A stretch of DNA of 64,000 nt. Source: Prevotella sp. (GTDB lineage Bacteria; Bacteroidota; Bacteroidia; Bacteroidales; Bacteroidaceae). Location of the stretch: the NCBI GenBank assembly GCA_045613845.1, contig JAZLBU010000098.1:2510-66509 (forward strand), given 5' to 3'. Both the position numbers and the translations under genes were made by a program. The notes under the pieces were generated by a model. That model did not search any database and was not told the origin of the DNA. It worked only from the letters and a program-made list of their open reading frames with translations. Positions 38,622 to 50,683 of this stretch are shown here, in pieces. Numbering within the stretch: position 1 is the stretch's first letter; the number at the start of each line of letters is the position of its first letter.

Positions 38622-39350
38622 TTAGTGTTTATAGCTCTGTATCAGTCCCTTCTTTACGAGGATGGGGAGGATGTTGGCAGCTGACTGACGGGTGCTCTTC
38701 TTCTGATTGCCATAGTACTGCTCGTGGGTAACTGGGTCGTCTCTGAGTAGCTTCTCCATGAATTCATCGTTAAGACGGGTCATGATGTAGCGCCCCTTCG
38801 CATCGGGAGCCTTATCTACGAGGTACAGCACGTGGTGCTCCATCAGGTTGTTGTTGGTCAGCAGAAGGTCGGTAGCGAGGAATATGCTGCCCCATGTGGT
38901 GTGTCCTGTTGCCAACAGACCTACGTCGAGACCTATGTTGACCAAACTGAGAACATCGCCCATCGTAGCATGGTAGCACACTACGAGCACCTTGCCGCCC
39001 TTGTAGGGCATAGCACGCAGATAGTTGTTGACGGGCAGTATTACGCCATCCTCGTCACGCAGCGGACGCTGGTTGATAAACAACTGTCCGTCTATCTGCA
39101 TCATGAACACATCGTGCTTGATGGTATTGTTAACCTCTTTGTCGCTGGTCTTGAGCGAGAAGTCATGACCATCGTACTTCACACGTATTGAGTCGGGTTC
39201 CTTGCCAGGAATCAGTTGCTCATAAGCTTTCCAGTTGCCCGCCTTATAGTCGGCATAACTCGTACAAAACTTCGTTTGCGCTTGGGTCTCTGCGCTGAAG
39301 GCGCAGAAAGTAATAATTAAAAGGGAAAAATTAATAAGTACTTTTCTCAT
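38622..39350 (-). CDS. Hypothetical secreted protein
   Basis: About 242 aa with a signal peptide (MRKVLINFSLLIITFCAFSAETQA). No recognised motif. Confidence 0.75.
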   Translation of the reverse strand: MRKVLINFSLLIITFCAFSAETQAQTKFCTSYADYKAGNWKAYEQLIPGKEPDSIRVKYDGHDFSLKTSDKEVNNTIKHDVFMMQIDGQLFINQRPLRDEDGVILPVNNYLRAMPYKGGKVLVVCYHATMGDVLSLVNIGLDVGLLATGHTTWGSIFLATDLLLTNNNLMEHHVLYLVDKAPDAKGRYIMTRLNDEFMEKLLRDDPVTHEQYYGNQKKSTRQSAANILPILVKKGLIQSYKH

Positions 39351-39353
39351 TTT

Positions 39354-39388
39354 CAATAATCAATAATCTATAATCTATTACCTATAAT
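39354..39388. repeat. Heptamer tandem repeat (CAATAAT/CTATAAT) x5
   Basis: Immediately upstream of the secreted-protein start. Confidence 0.8.
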
Positions 39389-39426
39389 CAATTGGGTGGG
39401 GTTGTATTTCTTGTCATTTTCCCCTA

Positions 39427-40878
39427 TCAGTCTTGCCAGAATGTAGGGGTGAAGATTATGAGGACTGAGAAAATCTCAAGACGTCCCATAAGCATCAGAA
39501 TAGAACATATCCACTTGGCAAAATCAGGTAGTTCGTTCCACGACATTGTGGGGCCTATCTCCATTCCCAGGGTAGGTCCTACATTGCTTAATGTGGAAAT
39601 GGTTATGGTAATGGCATTGGTATTGTCTACTCCTGCTGCTATCATGGCGAAGGCGCAGATGATGCACAGCACACAATAGACTGAGAGAAAGGCAAGTAAT
39701 GTTACCCTGCGCTGCATAGGTACATTCATACCAGCAAAACGAAGTGGCAAAACAGCCTTGGGGTGAAGCATCTGCTGGAATTCGTTACGAATAACTTTGA
39801 GCAGCATGACGCACCTGACGCTCTTAAAACCTCCTGAGGTACTACCTGCACAGGCGCCCATGAACATACACACGGCGAGTATCACCCATGTAACATGCGG
39901 CCACAGGGCTGCATTATCGTTGAAGAGTCCGGTGGTGGTCATGAATGACACTACCTGGTAAATACCACAACGGAAGGCTTGCTCATAGTCATAGCCATTG
40001 CGAGTGATGAGCATATAGGTAATGAAAACCGTGAAGATAGCAACCATCAAACAATAGAACTTTAGTTCGGAATTATTGAAGAAGCTGCGAAAATCACCTC
40101 TTATCACTGCTCTGTAGAGCAAAACGAAATTGATGCCTGAAAGGAAGCAGAACAGTGTGGAAACATACTCCAATGCCGGCGACTGGAAATATTCTATGCT
40201 CGTATTGTGGGTTGTGAAACCTCCTGTGGCGATGGTTGTCATAGCATAGTTTACGCTGTCAAACCAGTCCATGCCTAATAACTTGAAACTTGCAAAACAG
40301 GCTATGCTCAGGGTGAAGAATATAACCCAGATAGACTTTGCTGAGGTGGAGAGCTTAGGATGCAGTTTCGACTTCATAGGACCTGTAGCCTCAGCTGCGA
40401 ACACTTTTACCGAACCACCCACTAATGAAGGCAAGACGGCAATGGTGAAGAACACAATACCTAAGCCACCTATCCACTGTGTGAATGAACGCCAGAAGAG
40501 TATGCCGTGAGGAAGACATTCCACATCGTCAAGGATGGTGGCACCTGTGGTGGTAAAACCCGAGATGGTTTCAAAATAAGCATTGGTGAAACTGGTAATA
40601 TAGCCTCCCAGCATGAATGGCAACGAACCAAACAGACTGAACACACTCCACGATAGGGTTACCACCAGGAATGCATCTCTACGGCTCATAAGGTTGTCGG
40701 CCTTCCTACCTACATAATGCATCACCATCGCAGCAACCATAGTTATGGCGATGGAAACGATAAACGGTAATAAGTCAGATTCCTCGTAACATATTGAAAC
40801 GCAAAGGCATATAAGCATGAAGAGCGATTCAAGAACAAGGAGTGAACCTAATATTTTGCTTATAAGGCGATAGTTCAT
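39427..40878 (-). CDS. trkH: Trk potassium uptake membrane protein
   Basis: FETISGFTTTGAT, QWIGGLG, ATGGF, GSTSGGFK, NVGP and GRLEI motifs. Confidence 0.96.
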   Translation of the reverse strand: MNYRLISKILGSLLVLESLFMLICLCVSICYEESDLLPFIVSIAITMVAAMVMHYVGRKADNLMSRRDAFLVVTLSWSVFSLFGSLPFMLGGYITSFTNAYFETISGFTTTGATILDDVECLPHGILFWRSFTQWIGGLGIVFFTIAVLPSLVGGSVKVFAAEATGPMKSKLHPKLSTSAKSIWVIFFTLSIACFASFKLLGMDWFDSVNYAMTTIATGGFTTHNTSIEYFQSPALEYVSTLFCFLSGINFVLLYRAVIRGDFRSFFNNSELKFYCLMVAIFTVFITYMLITRNGYDYEQAFRCGIYQVVSFMTTTGLFNDNAALWPHVTWVILAVCMFMGACAGSTSGGFKSVRCVMLLKVIRNEFQQMLHPKAVLPLRFAGMNVPMQRRVTLLAFLSVYCVLCIICAFAMIAAGVDNTNAITITISTLSNVGPTLGMEIGPTMSWNELPDFAKWICSILMLMGRLEIFSVLIIFTPTFWQD

Positions 40879-40881
40879 TTT

Positions 40882-42228
40882 TTAGTTGAAAAGTTTCTCG
40901 ATGCGTTTTACCTCAGTATTATGACAGAACACCACCACAATATCGCCTGCCTCTATCTGTGTGCCACCCGTAACGAGCATTCCTTCACCATCACGCACCA
41001 GTCCACCGATAGTACACCCTGTAGGCAATGATAACTCAAAGATTTTCTTCTTGGTTATGGGGGAGCCTTTCTGTGCAGTGAATTCTGCTACATCAGCACG
41101 AGCCTGCATCAGGAATCGCACATTGGTAGCACTGCCCTCGAGCATCATCTCGTAGATGCGTGAGGCTGCTATGGCTTTTTTATTTATTATGGTACCTATA
41201 TCCAGACTTTCAGCCATATCGATATAGTCCACATTCTCTACTACAGCAACGGTTTTACGCACACCCATACGCTTAGCTGCCAAGCAAGCCAGGATATTCG
41301 TTTCGCTGTTTCCTGTCAGTGCCACGAATGCCTGAGTGTTACGGATGCCTTCTTCAAGCAATAGCGAGGTGTCACGAGCATCACCGTTAATAACGAGTTC
41401 ACCCTTTCCAGGCAACAGGTCGTTGAGTTTCTCACAACGCTGTGGGTCAATCTCGATTATTTTGGTGTGCATATATTCAGGCATGGTGTGCACAGTGCGC
41501 AACGCACATTTGCCACCACCCATAATCATAACATTGCTCACATCGGTATAATCGGCCTTGCCAACCATTTTGCGAACGTATGGTATATAATCACGGGTGG
41601 TCATAAAATAAGCCATATCATACAGTTCCAGTGTATCATTACCACCTGGTATGATGGTTTCGTTTCCACGTTTTATGGCTACTACATGGTATGGTTCGGT
41701 GGCACCACACACCTCCTTCAGCGGTCGATGCAGTATGTGGCAATTCTCTCTAAGTTTTATGCCGAGCATTATGAGTGCTCCTCCGTGCACATCCCATCGC
41801 TGGCGCACCCACGACATTTTCAGTCCGTTGATGATATCCTGAGCTGCAAGCATTTCAGGGTATATCACTGAGTCAATACCCATCTTCTTAAGTGTTTCCT
41901 CATTCTTAGGCGAAGCATATTCATAATCCTCTACCTTGGCAACGGTCTGCTTGGCTCCCAGCGACTTAGCTATTCCACAGGCACACATATTCACCTCTTG
42001 ATCATTAGTCACGGCAATGAAGAGGTCTGCATTCTGAGTGTCTATGGCACGAAGCGCCTTGATGCTTATAGGCGATGCCTCGAAGGATAATATGTCCAGG
42101 TCTTGTCCGAGACTCTCCAATGCCTCGGCATCCTCATCAACGATGATGATGTCTTCACTGTTGTTGCGACTAAGCAACGAGGCAAGATATTTGCCAACGG
42201 CCTGTGCGCCCGCTATGATTATTTTCAT
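40882..42228 (-). CDS. trkA: Trk potassium uptake NAD-binding subunit
   Basis: Two RCK N/C domain pairs ([15 protein letters not shown]); adjacent to trkH. Confidence 0.95.
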   Translation of the reverse strand: MKIIIAGAQAVGKYLASLLSRNNSEDIIIVDEDAEALESLGQDLDILSFEASPISIKALRAIDTQNADLFIAVTNDQEVNMCACGIAKSLGAKQTVAKVEDYEYASPKNEETLKKMGIDSVIYPEMLAAQDIINGLKMSWVRQRWDVHGGALIMLGIKLRENCHILHRPLKEVCGATEPYHVVAIKRGNETIIPGGNDTLELYDMAYFMTTRDYIPYVRKMVGKADYTDVSNVMIMGGGKCALRTVHTMPEYMHTKIIEIDPQRCEKLNDLLPGKGELVINGDARDTSLLLEEGIRNTQAFVALTGNSETNILACLAAKRMGVRKTVAVVENVDYIDMAESLDIGTIINKKAIAASRIYEMMLEGSATNVRFLMQARADVAEFTAQKGSPITKKKIFELSLPTGCTIGGLVRDGEGMLVTGGTQIEAGDIVVVFCHNTEVKRIEKLFN

Positions 42229-44132
42229 AACTCTATACTATTTATCTGTTGCGCTATACTTTCAGCATCTATACCCACCATGTGTTGCAACTGGGCTACG
42301 GTGCCATGCTCCACGAATGATGTAGAAGGCATGCCCAGTCTTACGACTTCAGGCTTAATATTCTTAGAAGCAAAATATTCGGATACTGACGAACCAAGTC
42401 CGCCTTCCTTCACACCATCTTCTACGGTTATCACGAATTTGCAAGTCTGTGCCACATAATCCAGTATATCGGTGTCGATAGGCTTAAGGTACCTCATATC
42501 GTAATGAACGACCTTCTCCCTTCTGTCTGCGTTGAGCATAGCGAGTGCTTTCTGCACATTGTTGCCTATTGTTCCTATCGAGAGCACTGCAATATCTGGA
42601 TTTGAGGTTTGGGAGTTAAGGCTAACCCTCCTACCCTTGCCTACTGCTATTGGTTCAAGAGTGCACTGCCAATCAACCTTTTCGCCACGACCGCGTGGAT
42701 AGCGTATCACCACTGGTCCCTGATTAGGCAGTTGGGCTGTGTACATCATTCTGCGAAGTTCATGTTCGTTCATTGGTGCACAGATGGTGAGGTTAGGTAT
42801 GGGTCTGAGTGCAGCTAAGTCGAATGTTCCGTGGTGGGTAGCACCGTCTTCGCCCACTATGCCTGCTCTGTCCAAACACAACACAATGTTCAGATTGTCA
42901 ATTGCCACATCATGTATTATGTTGTCGTAAGCTCGTTGTGAGAAAGTACTGTAAATGTTGCAGAATGGTATGAGTCCCTCTTTCGCCATACCAGCTGAGA
43001 ATGTTACTGCATGTCCTTCGGCTATTCCCACGTCAAATGCTCTGTCAGGCATTGCTTCCATAAGAATGTTCATTGAGCACCCTGTAGGCATAGCAGGTGT
43101 TACTCCCACTATCCTGGGGTTCTTCTGAGCCAGTTCCAGGAGTGTATTGCCAAAAACATCTTGATACTTTGGTGGCAGGTTGGTGTTAGATTCCTTTATG
43201 CGCTCGCCTGTTTCTGCATCAAATTTACCTGGTGCATGCCAGATAGTGGCTGCTTGCTCTGCTGGTTTGTATCCCTTTCCCTTTATGGTGTGAATATGCA
43301 ACAGTTTTGGTCCCTTCATAGACTTCAACTGACGCAATACTCGAACCATCTCTTTTACGTCATTTCCATCTACCGGACCGAAATAACGCACATTCATGCC
43401 CTCGAACACGTTAGCCTGTGGCGAGAGTGCTGCCTTGAGTGCATTGCCAAGTCGAATGGTTTTCTTTCTAGTTGCCTCGTCAAGCCATCCACGACTTCTC
43501 AACCATGTGGCTATGTTGTTTCGCCACTTATTATACGACTCGTTAGTGTTCAGTGAAAGCAGATATTGCTTCATGCCTCCCACACTGCGGTCTATGGACA
43601 TGTTGTTGTCATTGAGTATTATCAGCAGATTGTTAGGTGAGGATGATACATTATTCAATCCTTCATAAGCTAAACCTCCGCTCATAGAGCCATCACCTAT
43701 CACTGCCACCACATGGCGATTCTCGCCAAGGAGTTTGTCGGCTACAGCCATTCCCAGTGCAGCACTGATACTATTTGATGCATGTCCGCAGGTGAAGGTG
43801 TCATACTCACTCTCTGCAGGACAAGGGAAAGGATGCAGTCCGCCTAATTTACGGTTGGTGTTAAAAGACTCACGTCGGCCAGTGAGTATCTTATGGCCGT
43901 AAGCCTGATGACCTACGTCCCAAACAATGCGGTCGTTAGGGGTGTCATAGACATAATGCAAAGCTACAGTCAGTTCTATTGCTCCCAGACTAGAGGCAAG
44001 ATGTCCAGGATTCACTGACAGTTCCTTCACTATATCATCGCGTAATTCACGGCAAATATCCGGCAAGACCTCTACGTCATATTTGCGGAGATCTGCCGGA
44101 TATTCTATACTATTTAGATATTTATAATCCAC
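42225..44132 (-). CDS. dxs: 1-deoxy-D-xylulose-5-phosphate synthase
   Basis: [19 protein letters not shown]...[22 protein letters not shown] and RYPRG motifs. GTG start. Confidence 0.98.
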   Translation of the reverse strand: MDYKYLNSIEYPADLRKYDVEVLPDICRELRDDIVKELSVNPGHLASSLGAIELTVALHYVYDTPNDRIVWDVGHQAYGHKILTGRRESFNTNRKLGGLHPFPCPAESEYDTFTCGHASNSISAALGMAVADKLLGENRHVVAVIGDGSMSGGLAYEGLNNVSSSPNNLLIILNDNNMSIDRSVGGMKQYLLSLNTNESYNKWRNNIATWLRSRGWLDEATRKKTIRLGNALKAALSPQANVFEGMNVRYFGPVDGNDVKEMVRVLRQLKSMKGPKLLHIHTIKGKGYKPAEQAATIWHAPGKFDAETGERIKESNTNLPPKYQDVFGNTLLELAQKNPRIVGVTPAMPTGCSMNILMEAMPDRAFDVGIAEGHAVTFSAGMAKEGLIPFCNIYSTFSQRAYDNIIHDVAIDNLNIVLCLDRAGIVGEDGATHHGTFDLAALRPIPNLTICAPMNEHELRRMMYTAQLPNQGPVVIRYPRGRGEKVDWQCTLEPIAVGKGRRVSLNSQTSNPDIAVLSIGTIGNNVQKALAMLNADRREKVVHYDMRYLKPIDTDILDYVAQTCKFVITVEDGVKEGGLGSSVSEYFASKNIKPEVVRLGMPSTSFVEHGTVAQLQHMVGIDAESIAQQINSIEL

Positions 44133-44134
44133 AC

Positions 44135-45193
44135 TTATTTTACGTCGCCCACCTTAATAAGATATTCGGCTATCTGCACAGCATTGAGCGCAGCACCCTT
44201 CTTAATCTGGTCGCCAGAGAGCCAGAATGTAAGGCCGTTGTCGTTAGCGAGATCTTCCCTCACACGACCTACATACACATCATCCTTACCAGCAGTGTAG
44301 AGAGGCATAGGGTAAGGCAGACCTTCCATAGTCTCCTTAGTAGCATCAGCATTAGCCTTTGCCCCCACTCTCTTTGGATCATCAATAAGGGTTACACCCT
44401 GAGCATTGCGAAGTGCTTCCTGAGCATCAGCTACGCTGATAGGTTTCTCAGTCTCAATCCATACAGCCTCAGAGTGAGCACGGAGTGAAGAGATGCGTAC
44501 ACACATAGCTGAACAACGAGCATCGGTATGCATAATCTTCTTTGTTTCATTAAACATCTTCATCTCCTCCTTAGTATAACCGTTATCTTGGAAGACATCA
44601 ATCTGAGGTATAACGTTGTATGCCAACTGATATGCAAACTTATTAACAGTAGGTTGCTGGTTGTCAGCAAGTTCCTTGTACTGTTGTTGCAGTTCGGCCA
44701 TAGCAGCTGCTCCAGCACCTGATGCTGACTGGTAGGAAGCAATATGAATGCGCTTGATGTGAGACAGTTTCTCTAATGGTTGCAGACATACTACCATCAT
44801 GATAGTTGTACAGTTAGGATTGGCAATGATGCCGCGTGGACGATTCAGTGCATCTTCAGCGTTACACTCAGGCACCACCAATGGCACATCATTGTCCATA
44901 CGGAAAGCACTTGAATTGTCAATCATTACAGCACCATATTTTGTAATATCCTCACAGAATTCTTTTGATGTACCTGCACCAGCTGATGTGAATGCTATAT
45001 CCACATCCTTAAAGTCGTCGTTATGCTGAAGCAGTTTTACTTCATATTCTTTACCACGGAAGGTGTATTTGGTGCCAGCTGAACGCTGTGAACCAAAGAG
45101 AACCAGTTCGTCAAGTGGAAAATTCCTTTCATCAAGAACACGGAGAAATTCCTGTCCTACAGCGCCTGATGCGCCTACAATTGCTACTTTCAT
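44135..45193 (-). CDS. asd: Aspartate-semialdehyde dehydrogenase
   Basis: [28 protein letters not shown] and [10 protein letters not shown] motifs. Confidence 0.97.
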   Translation of the reverse strand: MKVAIVGASGAVGQEFLRVLDERNFPLDELVLFGSQRSAGTKYTFRGKEYEVKLLQHNDDFKDVDIAFTSAGAGTSKEFCEDITKYGAVMIDNSSAFRMDNDVPLVVPECNAEDALNRPRGIIANPNCTTIMMVVCLQPLEKLSHIKRIHIASYQSASGAGAAAMAELQQQYKELADNQQPTVNKFAYQLAYNVIPQIDVFQDNGYTKEEMKMFNETKKIMHTDARCSAMCVRISSLRAHSEAVWIETEKPISVADAQEALRNAQGVTLIDDPKRVGAKANADATKETMEGLPYPMPLYTAGKDDVYVGRVREDLANDNGLTFWLSGDQIKKGAALNAVQIAEYLIKVGDVK

Positions 45194-45241
45194 CTTTCTA
45201 TTTTGTTTTATTTCTGTTGTATTTCAGTTATATTTTGATTG

Positions 45242-45249
45242 CAAAAGTA
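45242..45249 (-). promoter_or_regulatory. -7 promoter for asd-dxs-trkAH
   Basis: TACTTTTG on the minus strand. A CACCTTTG variant at 45292-45299 faces the antiporter gene. Confidence 0.65.
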
Positions 45250-45335
45250 CAAAAAAATGTCTAAACATTAGCATATTTCAGTTTTTTTTTGCACCTTTGC
45301 ATTTGAAATTTCACAAATTGAACTCTCACACTATT

Positions 45336-45356
45336 AACCGTAAACCGTAAACGGTA
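45336..45356. repeat. Heptamer repeat AACSGTA x3
   Basis: Ends 4 nt before the antiporter ATG. Confidence 0.7.
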
Positions 45357-45360
45357 AAAT

Positions 45361-47514
45361 ATGAACTCTGAACTATTAAGTTCCTCATTTCCTATATCCA
45401 GCCCTACTATCGCCTTTTTCGTAGTGCTACTGATAATACTCATTGCGCCTATCGTAATGAGTAAATTTCGCATTCCGCATATTATCGGAATGGTGCTTGC
45501 TGGTGTGGTTATAGGGCGCTATGGATTCAATATTCTAGAGCGTGACTCTTCTTTTGAACTCTTTGGACGGGTGGGACTTCTGTATATCATATTTCTTGCA
45601 GGTTTAGAGATGGATATGGAGGGAATGAAACATAATTTGAAACATGTTGGCATTTTTGGTTTATTGACCTTCCTCGTTCCTTTTTCCATTACCTACATAG
45701 CCGGTATAACAATATTGGGCTATAGTCCGTTAGCTACTATGTTATTGTCATGTATCATGGCTTCTAACACTCTGATAGCCTACCCCATAGTGGCACGATA
45801 TGGATTACAGAAGCATCATGTCACCACCCTATCCGTTGGAGCCTCGATGTTGTCACTTTTTACCTCACTCGTTGTAGTGGCTGCAGTAGCAGGTTCTCAT
45901 AATGGTGGAGCGGAATGGTATTTCTGGCCTTTGTTCATCATAAAACTAGGTGGCTATTGTGTAGCAATGCTCTATCTGATTCCTCACATGACACGCTGGT
46001 TCCTAAGACGTTACAGCGATTCAGTCATGCAATACATATTCGTTATGGCGATGATGTTTATGAGTGCTGCACTATGTGAAATCATAGGCATTGAGGGTGT
46101 AGTAGGAGCATTCATAAGCGGACTCATCCTAAACCGTTTCATTCCCACCATGTCGCCCTTAATGAACCGTATTGAGTTTATTGGCAATGCACTATTCATT
46201 CCCTATTTCCTTATAGGTGTAGGCATGCTCATCAATATACGCCTGATGATGAAGGTCGACGTGCTTTTCATTGTTGCTGTGATTGTAATAGTGGGTACGC
46301 TGGGCAAGGCATTGGCTTCATATATTTCATGCATCCTATTCAGACTATCATGGCTAGAAGGGCACTTTATGTTTGGACTCACCTCTGCTCATGCTGCTGG
46401 TAGTATAGCAATGGCAATGATTGGTGTCAGTATGATATCGCCTGATGGCGTAGGATACATAGTTGATGACGGCATGATGAATGGTGTTGTTATGATGATA
46501 CTCTTTACCTGCATTATCTCAACTATCACCACTGAGAACTCAGCCCGTGCCCTTGTGCTTAGAGAAGAGATGGACAAACTATCTGACCATCGCCGACTTG
46601 ATAATAGTTTTGATGATGAGAAAATACTTATACCAGTAAAATACCCTGAAACCTGTGACACGCTGATGCATCTCGCAATAATGATGCGCAATAGGGAACT
46701 AAATCGTGGACTCATAGCGCTTAACGTAGTATATGACGATGAAGATGCAGAGATAAACCAACGAAAGGGACAGCAACTCCTAGCACATGTAACACAGACA
46801 GCTAATGCTGCCGACGTTAGGATACAAACCCAAGTGAGACTGGCCACTAACATTGGCAATGGCATTAAGCACGCCTTCAGGGAATACGACTGTTCTGAGA
46901 TAATACTCGGCGTACACCTTCACCCTAATTCTAGGCGAGTCTTTTGGGGCGAGTTTGCACAAAGTGTATTCAACAACCTCTCACGACAGATTATCATAGC
47001 ACGTTGCGGACAGCCATTTTCTACACTTAGGGCGATACAGGTGGCAGTGCCTTCACGAGCTGAATATGAGCCAGGCTTCTATCGCTGGTTGGAACGTCTT
47101 TGCCGTCTTGCCAAAGCATTGGAGTGCAAAATTGTTTTTCATGCCACCACAACGACTAATGCATTAATACAACAGTATGTGGTACATCGACATAAACATT
47201 TAAGGGCTGAATATGTTGAGATGGCAAAGTGGATAGGACTGCGTGAAGTGGCTGCAAATACCCCCGACGACCAGATGCTCGTAATAATTACGGCACGTCA
47301 GGGTACTGTGTCATATAAGGCTGCTATCGATAAACTGCCTGAGGAAATCACTGAATATTATCACGGCACCAACCTTATGATTATCTTTCCCGACCAATAT
47401 GGGCCTGCTCCAGAGGAGCTCACCTTCACCTCGATTCAGCACAAGGAACAGGTGTCAGCCTATCAGGAACTCAAGAAGTGGTGGTATAAATACAAAACAG
47501 GCAGAGCATTATAG
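45361..47514 (+). CDS. Cation:proton antiporter (CPA2) with USP-like C-terminal domains
   Basis: About 12 TM helices, FLAGLEMD, GAFISGL and FIPYFLIGVG, followed by a KILIPV.. USP-like region. Confidence 0.9.
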   Translation: MNSELLSSSFPISSPTIAFFVVLLIILIAPIVMSKFRIPHIIGMVLAGVVIGRYGFNILERDSSFELFGRVGLLYIIFLAGLEMDMEGMKHNLKHVGIFGLLTFLVPFSITYIAGITILGYSPLATMLLSCIMASNTLIAYPIVARYGLQKHHVTTLSVGASMLSLFTSLVVVAAVAGSHNGGAEWYFWPLFIIKLGGYCVAMLYLIPHMTRWFLRRYSDSVMQYIFVMAMMFMSAALCEIIGIEGVVGAFISGLILNRFIPTMSPLMNRIEFIGNALFIPYFLIGVGMLINIRLMMKVDVLFIVAVIVIVGTLGKALASYISCILFRLSWLEGHFMFGLTSAHAAGSIAMAMIGVSMISPDGVGYIVDDGMMNGVVMMILFTCIISTITTENSARALVLREEMDKLSDHRRLDNSFDDEKILIPVKYPETCDTLMHLAIMMRNRELNRGLIALNVVYDDEDAEINQRKGQQLLAHVTQTANAADVRIQTQVRLATNIGNGIKHAFREYDCSEIILGVHLHPNSRRVFWGEFAQSVFNNLSRQIIIARCGQPFSTLRAIQVAVPSRAEYEPGFYRWLERLCRLAKALECKIVFHATTTTNALIQQYVVHRHKHLRAEYVEMAKWIGLREVAANTPDDQMLVIITARQGTVSYKAAIDKLPEEITEYYHGTNLMIIFPDQYGPAPEELTFTSIQHKEQVSAYQELKKWWYKYKTGRAL

Positions 47515-47532
47515 CTCCGCCTGTTTGCTTTT
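47495..47532. terminator. Hairpin between the convergent antiporter and rho genes (probably bidirectional terminator)
   Basis: AAACAGGCAGAGC-ATTATA-GCTCCGCCTGTTT with T runs on both strands. Confidence 0.7.
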
Positions 47533-47551
47533 GTATAACACTTATCAGATA

Positions 47552-49282
47552 TTAGCTATTCATTGCCATGAGGAACTCTGCATTGTCACGAGTTCGTGAC
47601 ATAAGATTATGAATCTGTTGCATTGCCTCAACAGAGTTCATGTCTGAAATACTCTTACGTAATATCCACATACGGTTGATGGTTGTTTCGTCAAGCAGCA
47701 GATCATCACGACGCGTACTTGAGGCGATAAGATTAACAGCTGGGAATATTCGCTTGTTGGCAAGCACTCTGTCAAGCTGCAACTCCGAGTTACCTGTTCC
47801 TTTGAATTCCTCAAAGATTACTTCATCCATCTTGCTACCTGTATCTGTCAGTGCTGTTGCAATAATTGTCAATGAACCTCCATTCTCTATATTACGTGCA
47901 GCACCAAAGAAACGTTTTGGTTTTTGTAGGGCATTTGCATCGACACCACCTGTAAGCACTTTGCCAGAAGCTGGTGCAACAGTGTTATAGGCACGAGCAA
48001 GTCGAGTTATGGAATCGAGGAAAATAACTACATCATGTCCACATTCAACAAGTCGCTTAGCCTTCTCAAGCACCAAGCCAGCAATCTTTACATGACGGTC
48101 AGCTGGTTCATCGAAGGTTGATGCTACAACTTCAGCATTCACTGTGCGAGCCATATCGGTAACCTCCTCAGGACGTTCGTCGATGAGCAACATCATAATA
48201 TATGCCTCAGGATGGTTGGCTGCTATGGCGTTAGCTATATCCTTCATCAGGATAGTCTTACCAGTCTTTGGCTGTGATACTATGAGTGAACGCTGTCCCT
48301 TGCCGATTGGCGAGAATAGATCTACTATTCGTGTAGATATATTAGTTGCTCTTGGATTGCCACAGAGATTGAACTTCTCTTCTGGGAACAGTGGAGTGAG
48401 ATTCTCAAAGGAGATGCGATCACGTATATCGCGGGGATCTCTGCCATTAACCTTCAGCAACGTGGTCATAGTGAAATATTTCTCGTTGCCGTGTGGTGGA
48501 CGTACCATACACTCTACTACATCACCCGTCTTGAGGAAGAATGAGCGAATCTGCTGTATGGTGAGGTGCACATCATCAGGCGAAGAAAGGTAGTTGTAAT
48601 CGCTGGAACGGAGGAATCCATATCCATCAGGCATTATCTCTAGTAACCCATTAGCTTTGATGATATCAGAGAAATCATAGGAGATATCATCAGAGTCTGC
48701 AGCTTCGTCGTAAGTTACGGAAGTATTCTCTACTGTAGTAGGATGATCGAACATGTCATAATAAGGTATTACGCCATTATCTTCTACTGGTATATCCTGA
48801 ACAATAATAAAGTCAGAACCATCTGTCGGTGCTTCCTCCCATGGTTGGTCCAGATTATTCTGAGAGTTTACCTTAGATTGCAAACGCTCTATCAAACCTA
48901 ATGACGGCTCATCGCCATCACTGCTCTCTCCTACCCCGAATGAAGCCTCGGGCACATCGAAGCCTTCATTCTCCATAGCCTTAGACAGATCTGCCTTCTT
49001 CTGATTATTCTCTGCAAGGGCAGCAGCTGTAGCCTCTGCAGCTGCAATTATCTCAGCCTTGGTACGCCTGATACGCTTACGCTTAGGAGCGCTATCGGTA
49101 GCACCATCACCACTGACTGATGCATCATCCGCAGATGGTGCAAAGTCAAGTTGAGGTTCAGTGACAGCCTGCGCCTCACTTTGTTGTTTAAGACGCTCGC
49201 GCTCAGCGAGTTCTGCTTTACTTGGTCTTCCACGTTTTTTCTTGGGAGCAACCTCCAAGTTTTCTAATTCTTCGTTAGCCAT
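47552..49282 (-). CDS. rho: Transcription termination factor Rho with a long low-complexity N-terminal extension
   Basis: [39 protein letters not shown] and FEEFKGTGN motifs. Confidence 0.98.
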   Translation of the reverse strand: MANEELENLEVAPKKKRGRPSKAELAERERLKQQSEAQAVTEPQLDFAPSADDASVSGDGATDSAPKRKRIRRTKAEIIAAAEATAAALAENNQKKADLSKAMENEGFDVPEASFGVGESSDGDEPSLGLIERLQSKVNSQNNLDQPWEEAPTDGSDFIIVQDIPVEDNGVIPYYDMFDHPTTVENTSVTYDEAADSDDISYDFSDIIKANGLLEIMPDGYGFLRSSDYNYLSSPDDVHLTIQQIRSFFLKTGDVVECMVRPPHGNEKYFTMTTLLKVNGRDPRDIRDRISFENLTPLFPEEKFNLCGNPRATNISTRIVDLFSPIGKGQRSLIVSQPKTGKTILMKDIANAIAANHPEAYIMMLLIDERPEEVTDMARTVNAEVVASTFDEPADRHVKIAGLVLEKAKRLVECGHDVVIFLDSITRLARAYNTVAPASGKVLTGGVDANALQKPKRFFGAARNIENGGSLTIIATALTDTGSKMDEVIFEEFKGTGNSELQLDRVLANKRIFPAVNLIASSTRRDDLLLDETTINRMWILRKSISDMNSVEAMQQIHNLMSRTRDNAEFLMAMNS

Positions 49283-49406
49283 TATATACTCTTAGCTATA
49301 ATTATGTTGTTCTATAAATAAAAAATGTAGTGAATTGTCATAGTTCATGGCACACCTGATACGGTGAGATAAAAAGCCACAAACTATTCCTGAGTTCTTA
49401 CGACCG

Positions 49407-49414
49407 CAAAGTTA
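49407..49414 (-). promoter_or_regulatory. -7 promoter for rho
   Basis: TAACTTTG on the minus strand about 125 nt upstream of the ATG. Confidence 0.65.
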
Positions 49415-49494
49415 CAAATAAAAGTTCAATCATTCAAAGGTTCATGGGATTTAGATGATAAAGAATGGTTATCTTTAAGTTTTTTTAACCAACA

Positions 49495-50619
49495 TCATTT
49501 TACTGGGCGGAGTTTTGCGAGTTTGTCTCGCATGTCAGTTTGGGTGAAATTGATAATATCTTGAACGGGAAGGTAATGAGGTGCATCACCTTTCTCATCG
49601 TATGTAAGTTCTGCAATGTAATTGATGCGCTGCAGATCATATAGTAACTGCTTTACCACACGCATAGGACGGTTAAGACTCTTCTTTATTTCGATGTCAG
49701 TGAATGGATGATTACCCTCACGGAAATTATTAGAGATGAGTTGTATAATCTCCCATGATATCACTTCTTTCTCTTGAAAACTGAGTTCTTGGAATGAATT
49801 AGCAAAGAAATCGTCAGAGTTCTGACGGCAGTAACATAGTTCGGCTCCAGTCAGGCAGATAATCCACGAGGTCTGCAACCACAACAGAAAGAATGGTATG
49901 ATGGCAAAGGATCCATAGATGGCATTATAATTTGATATCCACAATTGAGAATTTATGTATATCATCTGGAATGCCTGCATACACACTCCCGCGATAATAC
50001 CTGGCACAATGGCACTGCGCAGCTCCACTTTAGTATTAGGCATGAAAACATAGAGAGCTGTGAAGGCAACAGACCATATAAGGTAAGGTATAAACTCTAT
50101 AAAAAAGGACATAAGCGGACCTATGACCACAACATCACTCAGTCGGTAGTTGATAGCTGTAATAGCGATGCTTAGTCCCGAACTAAGAACTATAACGATA
50201 GGAACAAAGAATAGCAGTGTGATATAATCGGTTATAGTACGAAAAACACTACGCTGACGTTTTACCTGCCAGATATCATTAAATGCCAATTCTATGTTAG
50301 AGATAAGCATGAGCACAGTAAAGAGCATGAACAATAGACCTATACCCAAAAATACCCCCTTCTTAGTATGTACAAGATAAGAATTAACAAAACCAATGAT
50401 GGTATTTGCTGCATCAGGCTGAGAAGCGAGAGATTCACGAAACCAATCTTCTATATACATAGAATAACCAAAGCCTCGTGCTATAGCAAATACTACTGCC
50501 ATGATAGGCACAAAAGCCAACAAGGTAGAATAGGTAAGATTGACTGCTGTTCCCATTATTCTCTTGTCGTCAATATCATGCCACAGGGCTAGGAGGTGGT
50601 CTATCAACTTACTGCTCAT
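49495..50619 (-). CDS. YihY/virulence factor BrkB family membrane protein
   Basis: LTYSTLLAFVP, IELAFNDIW, MPNTKV and YNAIYGSFAIIP motifs. Confidence 0.92.
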   Translation of the reverse strand: MSSKLIDHLLALWHDIDDKRIMGTAVNLTYSTLLAFVPIMAVVFAIARGFGYSMYIEDWFRESLASQPDAANTIIGFVNSYLVHTKKGVFLGIGLLFMLFTVLMLISNIELAFNDIWQVKRQRSVFRTITDYITLLFFVPIVIVLSSGLSIAITAINYRLSDVVVIGPLMSFFIEFIPYLIWSVAFTALYVFMPNTKVELRSAIVPGIIAGVCMQAFQMIYINSQLWISNYNAIYGSFAIIPFFLLWLQTSWIICLTGAELCYCRQNSDDFFANSFQELSFQEKEVISWEIIQLISNNFREGNHPFTDIEIKKSLNRPMRVVKQLLYDLQRINYIAELTYDEKGDAPHYLPVQDIINFTQTDMRDKLAKLRPVK

Positions 50620-50683
50620 AGTTTAAATTGCTATGTTCATACAAAAAATAAACGTTCTATTTTGTTTTTCTGATTTCTAATAA

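Noticed and set aside
38044..38731. Short ORFs at 38044-38232, 38138-38347 and 38531-38731
   Set aside because: They overlap repeats, the terminator or the opposite-strand gene and have no recognisable features.
48700..49282. Long acidic/low-complexity N-terminal extension of Rho
   Set aside because: A known general feature of Bacteroidetes Rho.
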